From an uncultured Alphaproteobacteria bacterium (GTDB taxonomy: Bacteria; Pseudomonadota; Alphaproteobacteria; MPNO01; DASWLB01), in NCBI GenBank assembly GCA_963775315.1, contig CAVZIN010000007.1, positions 841,193-905,192 on the forward strand: DNA of 64,000 nt. The letters run 5' to 3'. The notes beneath the pieces are model-generated. The model was given only the letters and a program-made list of their open reading frames with translations. It made no database searches and was not told where the DNA came from. Positions 1 through 8,897 of the stretch are shown here, in pieces (the first letter of the stretch is position 1; the number at the start of each line of letters is the position of its first letter). The position numbers and the translations under genes are program-made.

Positions 1-583
1 GGGTGTCGAAATAGAACCCCATGATGAGGTCGAGACCCCATTCGGGCAGCGCGTCGCGGAACACCGGGAACATCGGGTGCTCGACCACCGGCATCTTCAG
101 CTCGTTGATCCGCGCCCAGAGCGGGTCGAACCGCGGATCGGACGGCGTGACCCCGCCGGCGTTAGAGCCCATGGCGACCCCGCACACCTCGGCCGCGTCG
201 TGCAGCCGGTCGAGTTCCTTCACCGACGCCTCGATGTCGGCGAGCGGCAGGGTCACCAGGGCGCGGGTGCGGTCGGGCCGCTTCTTCACCATCGCGATCA
301 GCTCGTCGTTCACCTTGCGGGCGAGATCGGGCTGCTGGCTCGCCGGGAACGGGTTGAGCGACGGCGCCGACAGCGAGATCAGGTGCATGTCGACACCCTT
401 CTTGTCCATGTCGTGCAGCCGGTGGTCGGGCTCCAACCAGCGCGTGTCGATGCGCTCCACCCGCTTCCCCTCGCGCTCGATGAAATGGAAGTTGCCCTCG
501 GTGCCCGCCTTGGCGCCGGGCAGCTTCTCGGCCGCCTCCAGGAACGCTCGCGAGATGATGTGGGTGTGCGAATCGATCTTCAT
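1..583 (-). CDS. Amidohydrolase-2 family protein (decarboxylase/hydratase-like), 5' part only; the 3' end runs off the window
   Basis: Reverse-strand translation from the ATG (revcomp of cat at 581-583) gives MKIDSHTHIISRAFLEAAEKL... with the HTH metal motif. It is a paralog of the gene at 616-1584, has a GGGGAAAC RBS, and is open to the window edge. Confidence 0.6.
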   Translation of the reverse strand, partial: MKIDSHTHIISRAFLEAAEKLPGAKAGTEGNFHFIEREGKRVERIDTRWLEPDHRLHDMDKKGVDMHLISLSAPSLNPFPASQQPDLARKVNDELIAMVKKRPDRTRALVTLPLADIEASVKELDRLHDAAEVCGVAMGSNAGGVTPSDPRFDPLWARINELKMPVVEHPMFPVFRDALPEWGLDLIMGFYFDT

Positions 584-615
584 GGACGTTTCCCCGATGG
601 TTGTTGGTGCCCGCG

Positions 616-1584
616 TCAGTTCAACCGGAACACCCGGGCCGCATTGTCGCCGACGATCTTGGCCTTTTCCTCGGCGTCGATCTCCAGCCCCTCGACATGG
701 CCGGGCCCGGCGTCGACGAATGGGTAGTCGGTGCCGAACATCAGATGGTCGGGTCCGACGATTGTGCGCGCCTCCATCAATGCCGGGGCGAAGAACGAGC
801 AGGTGTCGTAGTAGAGGTTCTTGGCGTAGGCGCTGAATGGCTTGGTGATGTACGCCGGCGTGATGTCGGGGCTGCGCGCCGACGACCGGTCGAGCCGGCT
901 GAGCGCGGTGAACAGGCCGGAGCCGGTATGCGCCACCAGGAACGGAAAGTCGGGGTAGCGCTCAAAGATGCCGTTCTGGATCAGCCGCGTGACCATGAGC
1001 TGGGTGTCGAACCAGAACCCGAGGATCAGCGACAGATCGTGGTCGTTCATCTGCGAGCCGAAAGGCGGATGCATCGGGTGCTCCACCACGGCGATCTTGC
1101 GTTCGTTGATCCGCTTCCACACCGGCTCGAAGCGCGGGTCGGAGAGCGGCACGCCGTCGACGTTCGAACCGATCGCGAGCCCGCAGACCTCCTTCTCGCC
1201 GGAGACACGGTCGAGCTCCTTGAGCGCGGCGTCGATATCGCCGAGCGGCAGCGACGGCAGGGCGCGCAGCCGGTCCGGCCGCTTCCGCACCGCGGCGAGC
1301 GTCTCGTCGTTCACGCGTTTGGCGATCTCGGCCTGCTCGGACGCAGGGAAGACGTAGAGGTTGGGCGTCGAAAGGGACAGGAGCCGCATGTCGATGCCGC
1401 GCTTGTCCATGTCACGGACGCAGTGGTCCGGGTCGAGCCACGCCTCGTTGCACGACACCACCCGCACTCCACCGCGCTCGTAGGCCGTGCCGAAATGGTC
1501 GGGCGTCAAGGTCATGCCGGGCACGGCCGCCATCCGGTCGTGATAGGCACGGGACATGTAGTGGGCGTGCGTGTCGATCTTCAC
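616..1584 (-). CDS. Amidohydrolase-2 family metal-dependent hydrolase/decarboxylase (ACMSD/PicC/LigW/IDCase-like)
   Basis: The 616..1851 ORF contains VKIDTHAHY preceded by a GGGGGAAG RBS, so a GTG start at 1584 is more likely. It has TIM-barrel amidohydrolase_2 motifs (HAH, FGTDYP) and is a tandem paralog of the upstream gene. Confidence 0.85.
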   Translation of the reverse strand: MKIDTHAHYMSRAYHDRMAAVPGMTLTPDHFGTAYERGGVRVVSCNEAWLDPDHCVRDMDKRGIDMRLLSLSTPNLYVFPASEQAEIAKRVNDETLAAVRKRPDRLRALPSLPLGDIDAALKELDRVSGEKEVCGLAIGSNVDGVPLSDPRFEPVWKRINERKIAVVEHPMHPPFGSQMNDHDLSLILGFWFDTQLMVTRLIQNGIFERYPDFPFLVAHTGSGLFTALSRLDRSSARSPDITPAYITKPFSAYAKNLYYDTCSFFAPALMEARTIVGPDHLMFGTDYPFVDAGPGHVEGLEIDAEEKAKIVGDNAARVFRLN

Positions 1585-1786
1585 GGCGCTTCCCCCGGTC
1601 TCGTTGGTTTTATGGCGTTCACTATAGGAGGGGCGCGAGCGCCGGTCCATGAAACGCGGCGAACGGGGCGCGGCAGCATATTGTTTATCAGTCAACAATT
1701 TGCTATCCAACGGTCCGGAGCGGTTGCCGGCCCGGTGGGCCGGCGCCAGCTCGACTCCAGGTCTGGATTTCCGCGGAAGGACCGGC

Positions 1787-2266
1787 ATGAAGACGCTGCT
1801 CACCCTCACCGTGAACGGCCGCGAGCGCACCGACGGCGTAGCGACCAGCATGCTGCTGGTGGACTACCTCCGCGAGCATCTGGGGCTGACCGGCACCAAG
1901 ATCGGTTGCGACGGCGGCGAGTGCGGCGCCTGCACCGTGCTTGTGGATGGTGAGCCGCGCCATTCCTGCCTGACCCTCGCCGCGACAATGCAGGGGCGGT
2001 CGGTCGAGACGGTGGAGCATCTGGCCCGCGACGGGCGGCTCGCCGCCATCCAGCGGGGCTTCCACGAGAAGCTCGGCGCCCAGTGCGGCTTCTGCACGCC
2101 GGGTTTCGTGATGGCGGCCGAGGGGCTCCTGCGCGAGAATCCGAACCCGAGCGAGGAAGATATTCGCGCGGGGCTCGCCTCGAACATCTGTCGCTGCACC
2201 GGCTACATCAAGATCATCGAGGCGGTGCAGGACGCCGCCCGCGAGCTGCGGGAGAGCGCGGCATGA
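1787..2266 (+). CDS. Molybdenum hydroxylase small subunit, (2Fe-2S)-binding (CoxS/XdhC-type)
   Basis: [13 protein letters not shown]..., two Cys clusters ([11 protein letters not shown] and CGFCTPG...CRCTGY), and position as first gene of an S-L-M operon. Confidence 0.9.
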   Translation: MKTLLTLTVNGRERTDGVATSMLLVDYLREHLGLTGTKIGCDGGECGACTVLVDGEPRHSCLTLAATMQGRSVETVEHLARDGRLAAIQRGFHEKLGAQCGFCTPGFVMAAEGLLRENPNPSEEDIRAGLASNICRCTGYIKIIEAVQDAARELRESAA

Positions 2267-2287
2267 GGTTCGCGACCCCCATCCCCG

Positions 2288-2354
2288 CCCTCCTCCTGCA
2301 AGGGGGAGGGGGCGAGCGCCGATACAACGCGTCCCTCCCCCTGCAAGGGGGAGG
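2288..2354 (+). repeat. Two tandem GC-rich stem-loops (CCCTCC(T/C)CC-TGCAA-GGGGGAGG) in the spacer between the small and large molybdenum hydroxylase subunit genes
   Basis: Copy 1 lies at 2288-2312 and copy 2 at 2332-2354. Both have the same TGCAA loop and sit in a 130-bp spacer, REP-like. Confidence 0.6.
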
Positions 2355-2396
2355 ACAGGAGGGGGTCGGCACTGGCGGGATTCGGGAGCAACTCGC

Positions 2397-4748
2397 ATGA
2401 GCACCATTCTCGAGCGCGGCGGGGCGGCCCCGGCGCCGGCCGAATCGATTGGCGTCCGGACGCCGCTGGTGGACGGGCCGGAGAAGGTCGCCGGCAAGGC
2501 GATGTACGCCGCCGACTTCGTGACCCCGGACACCCTGACCGGCCGCATCCTCCGCAGCCCGCATGCCCACGCGCGCATCCTGTCGGTCGACGTCTCGGCC
2601 GCGCGGGCGCTGTCCGGCGTGAAGGCAGTGGTGACGGGCGAGGATTGCGCCGCCAATTACGGCGTATTGCCGATCGCCATGAACGAATGGGCGCTGGCGC
2701 GCGGCAAGACCCGCTATCGCGGCGAGCCGATCGCAGCCGTCGCCGCCGTCGATGCCGAGACGGCGAACCGCGCCCTCGGCCTCATCGAGGTCGCGTACGA
2801 GGTGCTGCCCGCCTACTTCAAGGCGAAGGACGCCCGCGCCGAAGGGGCAATCCAGCTCCATGACGAGAAGCCGGGCAACATCGAGCGCGAGGTGCATTTC
2901 GAGCTCGGCGATCTCGCCAAGGGCTTCGCCGAGGCGGATTTGGTGCGCGAGGCGGAGTTCGACTGCGCCGAAGTGTGCCAGGTGCAGTCCGAACCGCACG
3001 CAGCCTTCGCCGAGTACGACGCGCTGCGCAACCGGCTGACGGTGCGCGCCTCGACCCAGGTGCCGTACTACGTGCATCTGATGCTTGCCCGCACGCTGGG
3101 CATGGACCGCTCGCGCATCCGGGTCATCAAGCCGCAGGTCGGCGGCGGGTTCGGCTGTCGCACCGAGACGCTGCAGATCGAGCTGATCGCGGCGCTGCTC
3201 GCCCGCGCGGCGAAGGGCACGGTACGCATCGTCGCCTCGCGCGAGGAGACCTTCATTACCCATCGCGGCCGGCCGGAGACGCAGAGCCGGATCAAGATCG
3301 GGCTCCGCAAGGACGGCAGGATCACCGCGGTCGAGTTCGAGACGGTGCAGCGCGGCGGGGCCTATTCGGGTTACGGCATCGTCACCATCATCTATGCCGG
3401 CTCGATGCTGTACGCGCTCTACGACATCCGGGCCGCGAAGTACGACGGCTACCGCGTGCTCACCAACACGCCGGTAAACGGTGCGTTCCGCGGCCACGGC
3501 ACGGTGAACACGCGCTTCGCCTTCGAGAATCTCTTGGACCAGATGGCGCACGAGATGGGGCTCGATCCCTTCGCCGTGCGGCGCGCGAACCTCCTGAAGG
3601 CGCCGACCGTCACCCAGAACGACATGATGGTAAACTCCTACGGATTGCCGGAGTGCCTGGACTGGGTGGAGCAGGCGTCGGGCTGGCGCGAGCGCAAGGG
3701 CAAGATGGACAAGTGGCGCGGGCTCGGCATGGCCTGCTCGCACTACATCTCCGGCGCGTCGAAGCCGAAGCACTGGACCAACGAGCCGCACGCGACCGTC
3801 AATCTCAAGCTCGATTTCGACGGGGCGGTGACGCTGCTGACCGGCGCATCTGACATCGGCCAGGGCTCGACCACCGTGCTGACCCAATGCGCCGCCGAGG
3901 TGCTCGGCATCCCGATCGACCGCATCCGCGCCGTGGTCAACGATTCCGCGCTGACGCCGAAAGACAACGGGTCCTATTCCTCGCGCGTCACCTTCATGGT
4001 GGGGAACGCCGCGATCGACGCGGCGAAGAACCTCAAGACCGTGCTGATCGAGGCCGCGGCCCGCAAGCTCGACGTGAAGCCCGAGGACGTCGAATGCCTG
4101 GGCGAGCTCTACCGCGCCGGCACGCAGGACGAGGGGCTCACCTTCGACGAGGTCGTGATGGCGGCGCTCGAGGAGACCGGAACGCTGACCGTGAAGGGCA
4201 AGTTCTCCACCATCCCCGGTAGCTGGGGCACCAAGAAATATCGTGGCGGCGCCATCGGCGGCACGATGGCCTATTCCTACGCCGCCCAGGTCGTCGAGTT
4301 GTCGGTCGACCCGGAAACCTGCGAGATCAAGGTCGAGAAGGTCTGGGTCGCGCACGATTGTGGCAAGGCGCTGAACCCCTTGTCCGTGGAAGGACAGGTG
4401 CAGGGCTCGGTGTGGATGGGGATGGGCCAGGCGCTGACCGAGGAGACGCGGTATCACCAGGGGCTCGGCATCACCAACTCGATGCTCGACTACCGCGTGC
4501 CGACCATCGTGGAATCGCCGCCGATCGAGGTGAAGATCGTCGAGGCGAACGATCCATATGGGCCATTCGGCGCCAAGGAGGCGGGCGAAGGCTCGCTCGC
4601 GGGCTTCATTCCGGCGCTGGCCGCCGCGATCGCCGACGCGACCGGCGTGCGGCCGAATGTGCTGCCGATTACGCCCGACCGGCTGATGGAAATGTTGGAG
4701 AAGCGCGAGCGGTTCGGCGGCGGCGCCGCCGACGAGGTCGAGGAGTAG
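2397..4748 (+). CDS. Molybdenum hydroxylase large subunit, molybdopterin-binding (xanthine dehydrogenase/aldehyde oxidase family; substrate unknown)
   Basis: 783 aa with typical family blocks ([10 protein letters not shown], dimerisation and MoCo domains). It lacks the CO-dehydrogenase VAYRCSFR loop, so it is a heterocycle or aldehyde hydroxylase rather than a CODH. Confidence 0.9.
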   Translation: MSTILERGGAAPAPAESIGVRTPLVDGPEKVAGKAMYAADFVTPDTLTGRILRSPHAHARILSVDVSAARALSGVKAVVTGEDCAANYGVLPIAMNEWALARGKTRYRGEPIAAVAAVDAETANRALGLIEVAYEVLPAYFKAKDARAEGAIQLHDEKPGNIEREVHFELGDLAKGFAEADLVREAEFDCAEVCQVQSEPHAAFAEYDALRNRLTVRASTQVPYYVHLMLARTLGMDRSRIRVIKPQVGGGFGCRTETLQIELIAALLARAAKGTVRIVASREETFITHRGRPETQSRIKIGLRKDGRITAVEFETVQRGGAYSGYGIVTIIYAGSMLYALYDIRAAKYDGYRVLTNTPVNGAFRGHGTVNTRFAFENLLDQMAHEMGLDPFAVRRANLLKAPTVTQNDMMVNSYGLPECLDWVEQASGWRERKGKMDKWRGLGMACSHYISGASKPKHWTNEPHATVNLKLDFDGAVTLLTGASDIGQGSTTVLTQCAAEVLGIPIDRIRAVVNDSALTPKDNGSYSSRVTFMVGNAAIDAAKNLKTVLIEAAARKLDVKPEDVECLGELYRAGTQDEGLTFDEVVMAALEETGTLTVKGKFSTIPGSWGTKKYRGGAIGGTMAYSYAAQVVELSVDPETCEIKVEKVWVAHDCGKALNPLSVEGQVQGSVWMGMGQALTEETRYHQGLGITNSMLDYRVPTIVESPPIEVKIVEANDPYGPFGAKEAGEGSLAGFIPALAAAIADATGVRPNVLPITPDRLMEMLEKRERFGGGAADEVEE

Positions 4749-4775
4749 CGGTCGAGCGTTCGGCCCTCGTAGTTC

Positions 4776-4812
4776 GACAGGCTCACCATGATGGCCCCAC
4801 CCTGAGCCTGTC
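4776..4812 (+). repeat. Perfect 10-bp inverted repeat (GACAGGCTCA-N17-TGAGCCTGTC) in the spacer between the large and medium subunit genes
   Basis: Seen directly in the sequence; located in a 107-bp spacer. Confidence 0.55.
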
Positions 4813-4855
4813 GAAGGGCGAGGCCCGACGAAAAGAACCAGGGTTGCGGTAGAAC

Positions 4856-5830
4856 ATGGAATTCATGCCCGATTTTGCCCTTCACCGTCCCGCGACGGTG
4901 GACGAGGCGGTGAAGCTCCGCGCGGCCGAGGCGGGTTCGCGCTTCTGCGCCGGCGGCACCGACATGCTGGTGAACGTCCGGCGCGGGATCGAGAGCCCGA
5001 CGGCGCTGATCGACCTCACCGGCGTCCCCGGCCTCGGCGAGATTGCCGAGACGGACGACGGGCTCCTCATCGGCGCGGCGGTGACGCTCGACGCGCTCGC
5101 CCGCCACCCTGCGGTGCGGCGCGACTGTCCTGCCGTCGCCGAGGCGGCGGGCGAGGTCGCCGGGCCCACCCACCGGCGCTACGGCACGGTCGGCGGCAAC
5201 CTCTGCCTCGACACCCGTTGCCTGTTCTACAACCAGTCGGAATGGTGGCGGAAATCCAACGACTACTGCCTGAAGCGGAACGGCACGGTGTGCCACGTCG
5301 CGCCGGGTGGCAAGCGCTGCTTCGCGGCCTTCTCGGGCGACGTCGCGCCGGCGATGCTGGTCTCGGGCGCCGAGATCGAGATCGCGGGGCCGGCGGGCAC
5401 GCGGCGCGTCCCGCTCACGAGCCTCTACCGCAATGACGGGATGAACCACTTGACGCTTGCCCCGGGGGAGATGGTGAGCGTCGTGCATCTGCCGAAGCCG
5501 GTTACGGGCGCGCGGACAGGCTATGCCAAGGCGCGGGTGCGCGGCTCGATCGACTTTCCGCTGGCGGGCGCTGCCGTGCGGCTTCGCATGGACGGCGCCA
5601 ACGTCGCCGAGCTCGCGGTCGCGCTGACCGGCGTCAACCCATACCCGCATCTGGTCCGGGGGCTCGAGCCATTCGTCGGCAAGCCGCTCGACGACGCGGC
5701 ACTCGACCGGCTGCGCGAGACGGTGCGCCGCCAGGCGAAACCCATGCGCACCACGACGGTGAAGCCTTGGTACCGCCGCCGCGTGGTCGGCGCACTCGCC
5801 CGCAAGCTCGCGGTGCGTCTCGCGGGCTGA
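4856..5830 (+). CDS. Molybdenum hydroxylase medium subunit, FAD-binding (CoxM-type)
   Basis: 324 aa, GGTDM FAD-binding motif, CO dehydrogenase flavoprotein-like, third gene of the S-L-M operon. Confidence 0.9.
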   Translation: MEFMPDFALHRPATVDEAVKLRAAEAGSRFCAGGTDMLVNVRRGIESPTALIDLTGVPGLGEIAETDDGLLIGAAVTLDALARHPAVRRDCPAVAEAAGEVAGPTHRRYGTVGGNLCLDTRCLFYNQSEWWRKSNDYCLKRNGTVCHVAPGGKRCFAAFSGDVAPAMLVSGAEIEIAGPAGTRRVPLTSLYRNDGMNHLTLAPGEMVSVVHLPKPVTGARTGYAKARVRGSIDFPLAGAAVRLRMDGANVAELAVALTGVNPYPHLVRGLEPFVGKPLDDAALDRLRETVRRQAKPMRTTTVKPWYRRRVVGALARKLAVRLAG

Positions 5831-5858
5831 TAACATCCTCCCGACCGGGAGGGATTCC

Positions 5859-7124
5859 ATGGGCATGAACATCGCCGAGAAGATCCTGGCGCGCGCGGCC
5901 GGAACGGAGCGCGTCGTGCCGGGCGACATCGCCATCGTCGAGGTCGGTACCGCCGTCCTGATGGACATGAACTTCATGCCGGCGAGCTGGCGCGAGATCC
6001 TGAAGGTTCACGATCCGAAGCGCGTCGTCGTCGTGCTCGACCACATGGTCCCGGCGAACGAGCCGCAATCGGCCGGCGCCCACGCCAGGGCGCGCGAGTT
6101 CTGCGCCACGTTCGGCATCGAGCGGTTCCACGACGTCGGGCGCAACCAGGGCATCAGCCACGTCGTCGTCGCCGACAACGCCTACGCGCTGCCCGGCACG
6201 GTGATGGTGAACCCGGATTCGCACACCTGCGGCGGCGGCGCGTTCAACTGCGCCGCGCGCGGCGTCGGGCTGCCCGAGACGACCTTCGCCGTCACTACCG
6301 GCAAGAGCTGGTTCCGCGTCGGCGAGACGGTGCGCTACGAGCTGCACGGCAGGCTTTCGCCCGGCGTCTCGGCCAAGGACGTGTTCCTCCACATCGCGGG
6401 CAAGTACGGCGTGCACGTCAACCAGAACGTCGAGTTCGGCGGGCCGGGCATGTCATCGCTCAGCCTCAACGCGCGCCGCACCATCGCCATCATGGGCGCC
6501 GAGCTCTCGGCCGAGTTCGTGATCTTCGAGCCGGACGATGCGATGCTCGACTACGTCAAGGCGCGCAACCCGGCGCCGTTCGAGGCGACCTGGCCGGACG
6601 CGGACGCCACCTACGCCGACCGCCGGACGCTCGACCTCGCTTCGATCGAGCCGCTTGTCGCGCTGCCCGACGCGATGCTCAACAACGCGGTGCCGGTGGG
6701 CGAGGCGGCGGGCGAGCGGATCGACCAGGCCTTCATCGGCTCCTGCGCCAACGGCACGCTCGACGATTTCGCGATCGCGGCGAGGGTGCTGGCGGGTCAG
6801 CGCGTCGCGCCGGGCGTCCGGCTGATCGTCACGCCCGGATCGCAGGCGATCTATCGCGAGGCGTTAGCGAAGGGCTACGTCGCGACCATCGCCGAGGCCG
6901 GCGCGGTCGTGACGCCCGCCACCTGCGGCGCCTGCGTCGGCGGCCACATGGGCGTGCTCGGGCCGGGCGAGATATGCATCACCGCCTCGACCCGCAACTT
7001 CAAGGGCAGGATGGGCGACCCCACGGCGCGCATCTATATGGCCTCGCCGGCGACGGTCGCGGCCTCGGCTATCGCCGGGCACATCGCCAGTGCCGCCGAG
7101 TATTTCGCGGGAGATTTGTCGTGA
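5859..7124 (+). CDS. Aconitase-family hydro-lyase large subunit (LeuC/homoaconitase/maleate-hydratase-like)
   Basis: MNIAEKILARA..., aconitase catalytic-domain motifs and three conserved Cys (ICITASTRNF), short LeuC type of 421 aa. Confidence 0.85.
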   Translation: MGMNIAEKILARAAGTERVVPGDIAIVEVGTAVLMDMNFMPASWREILKVHDPKRVVVVLDHMVPANEPQSAGAHARAREFCATFGIERFHDVGRNQGISHVVVADNAYALPGTVMVNPDSHTCGGGAFNCAARGVGLPETTFAVTTGKSWFRVGETVRYELHGRLSPGVSAKDVFLHIAGKYGVHVNQNVEFGGPGMSSLSLNARRTIAIMGAELSAEFVIFEPDDAMLDYVKARNPAPFEATWPDADATYADRRTLDLASIEPLVALPDAMLNNAVPVGEAAGERIDQAFIGSCANGTLDDFAIAARVLAGQRVAPGVRLIVTPGSQAIYREALAKGYVATIAEAGAVVTPATCGACVGGHMGVLGPGEICITASTRNFKGRMGDPTARIYMASPATVAASAIAGHIASAAEYFAGDLS

Positions 7125-7618
7125 TCGGCGCTCGCCTCTGGAAGTTCGGCGACGACATCAACACCGACCTCCTGCTGCCCGGCTCGGCGATGATGAAGCC
7201 GGAGCCGGAGCAGGCGCGCGCCGTGTTCGCCGCCAACCGGCCGGGCTGGGTGGACGAGATGAAGCCGGGCGACGCGCTGGTCGCCGGGCGCAATTTTGGC
7301 ATGGGCTCGAATCGTCCGGCCTCGCGCTCGCTCCGTAATCTGGGGGTCGCCTTCCTGCTCGCGGAATCGATCAACGGGCTCTTCTTCCGCAACAGCGTGA
7401 ACTACGGCCTCGTCGCGCTCGAATGCCCGGGCTGCTATGCGGCGTTCGAGGAGGGCGACATGGCCGAGCTCGACCTCGCGGCCTGGACGGTGCGCAACGC
7501 GCGCACCGGCGCGGTGCTGACGCCCGACCCGATTCCGGAGCGGCTGCTGACCCTGATGCAGGGCGGCGGCATCTACCCGCTGATGGAGCGCGAGGGGCTG
7601 GTCGCCCCGCGCCGTTGA
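7120..7618 (+). CDS. Aconitase-family hydro-lyase small subunit (LeuD-like swivel domain)
   Basis: The GTG start overlaps the stop of the large subunit (GTGA). Sequence IGARLWKFGDDINTDLLLPG... is a classic LeuD N-terminus; 166 aa. Confidence 0.85.
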
Positions 7619-7637
7619 CGCCGAAATCGGCCTCGCG

Positions 7638-7859
7638 CTACGCCCGCGGGATCAGGTGGAGCATCATCAGCTCGTCGGGGGTGAGGGAACGGCGCGCGCC
7701 GTCCCCCGGATAGACCTCCCACGCGTCGCGCTCGACGGTCTGCCAATCGAACCCGACGATCAGGGCGAGAGCGATGCGCGCCAGCGTCCGCCTCAGCCCC
7801 GCCTCGCGCGCGGGCGCGACGTAGCCCGGCGGGTCGTAGCGCTTCAGCACCCCGCTCAT
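7638..7859 (-). CDS. Small hypothetical protein (73 aa) co-transcribed downstream of the Rieske oxygenase pair
   Basis: ATGA start/stop overlap with the upstream Rieske gene, strong GC3 codon bias, and it fills the convergent gap. No recognisable domain. Confidence 0.4.
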   Translation of the reverse strand: MSGVLKRYDPPGYVAPAREAGLRRTLARIALALIVGFDWQTVERDAWEVYPGDGARRSLTPDELMMLHLIPRA

Positions 7860-8881
7860 GACGCAAGCCTCGATTCGGGCTCGCCCTCGGCGGCGAGCAG
7901 GTCCTGGAGCATGCGGCGCATGCGCAGCCCCGGCGCGTCGCTCATCATGTGGAACTCCAGCGGATCCTTGTTGTCGAGCGGCACGTCGAATTCGGTCGAC
8001 TCCAGGATCTCCTTGTCTTCCAGCGTGACCTGCCGGTCGAAGGCGATGATGTCGGCGGCCTTCGCCTCTTCCTCGGTGTCGCTGCGGTAGCAGAACTGGA
8101 CCACCATCGCGCGGTCGTCGGCCATCGGCGTCGCCGCGGTGATGATGGTGTGCTGGAGCCCGTGCGGATAGGTGATGCCCAGCCGGCGCACGAACGGCAT
8201 GTACCACGTGGAGTGGTTCTTCCGCACCGTCTCCTCGGAATTCGCCCCGCCGAGATATTTCTGCGAGACGGCGCCGCGGTTCATGACCTTGTGCTCGGCG
8301 AAGATGTGGAAGCCATAGTCGAACGGCTCGATCTCCACTTTGGCGGGTACCGGCTGCCGGTCGTTGCCGAAACTTGCGCGGTGGGTGAAGGCGATGTGCG
8401 CGGCGTCGAACGAGTTCTCCATCAGCCGCAGCGGCGCGATCTTCCACTCCTCGTAGAACTGGTCGATGCGCCGCAGCCCGTCGGTCTCGTCCGGGAAGTC
8501 CGGAAGCGGGGCCAGCGGCTCGTCGAGCGCGACCCACACATGGCCGTAACGGACCGCCGTGCGGTAGGAGGGCACGCGGAGCTCCGCCGGCACCTTTTTC
8601 GGATCGGGCTGCTGCGGGATGGTGACGCAGCGTCCGGTGCCGTCGTACTGCCAGCCGTGATAACCGCAGGTGGCGAGCCCTTCGGCGAGATAGCCCTTGG
8701 AGATTTTCGCCGTGCGATGACAGCACCGGTCACGGATGCAGGCGACCGAGCCGTCGGCTTCGCGCCACAGCACGATGTTCTCGCCCAGCAGGGTGAACGG
8801 CACCAGCCCGGCGTCGAGATGGCCTTCGCGGAGCACCGGGTACCAGAAGCGCCGCAGGCTCTTTTGCATCGTGGTCAGCAT
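7856..8881 (-). CDS. Alpha-only Rieske non-heme iron oxygenase (NdmA/NdmB-like N-demethylase/hydroxylase family)
   Basis: Rieske ligands CCHRTAKIS...CGYHGWQY, mononuclear Fe motif ENSFDAAHIAFTH, an N-terminal RRFWYPV block resembling NdmA RHFWHPV, and an ATG at 8881 with an AAAGGA RBS. Confidence 0.85.
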   Translation of the reverse strand: MLTTMQKSLRRFWYPVLREGHLDAGLVPFTLLGENIVLWREADGSVACIRDRCCHRTAKISKGYLAEGLATCGYHGWQYDGTGRCVTIPQQPDPKKVPAELRVPSYRTAVRYGHVWVALDEPLAPLPDFPDETDGLRRIDQFYEEWKIAPLRLMENSFDAAHIAFTHRASFGNDRQPVPAKVEIEPFDYGFHIFAEHKVMNRGAVSQKYLGGANSEETVRKNHSTWYMPFVRRLGITYPHGLQHTIITAATPMADDRAMVVQFCYRSDTEEEAKAADIIAFDRQVTLEDKEILESTEFDVPLDNKDPLEFHMMSDAPGLRMRRMLQDLLAAEGEPESRLAS

Positions 8882-8897
8882 CACTCGGTCCTTTCGT

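Noticed and set aside
21-1953. Plus-strand ORFs (21-836, 77-727, 601-1953, 968-1357) across the first 2 kb
   Set aside because: They are antisense mirror images of the two amidohydrolase-2 genes. Their similarity to each other only reflects the paralogy of the true minus-strand genes.
2214-4457. 747-aa ORF on the minus strand inside the molybdenum hydroxylase large-subunit gene
   Set aside because: It is antisense to a strongly supported 783-aa gene. Its Arg/Ala/Gly-rich low-complexity translation is typical of out-of-frame GC-rich DNA, and it has no RBS or domain.
2397-5830. Possible aerobic CO dehydrogenase (coxSLM)
   Set aside because: The large subunit lacks the CODH active-site signature VAYRCSFR, the gene order is S-L-M, and the operon is fused to LeuCD-like genes in a catabolic setting. 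It was annotated generically as a molybdenum hydroxylase.
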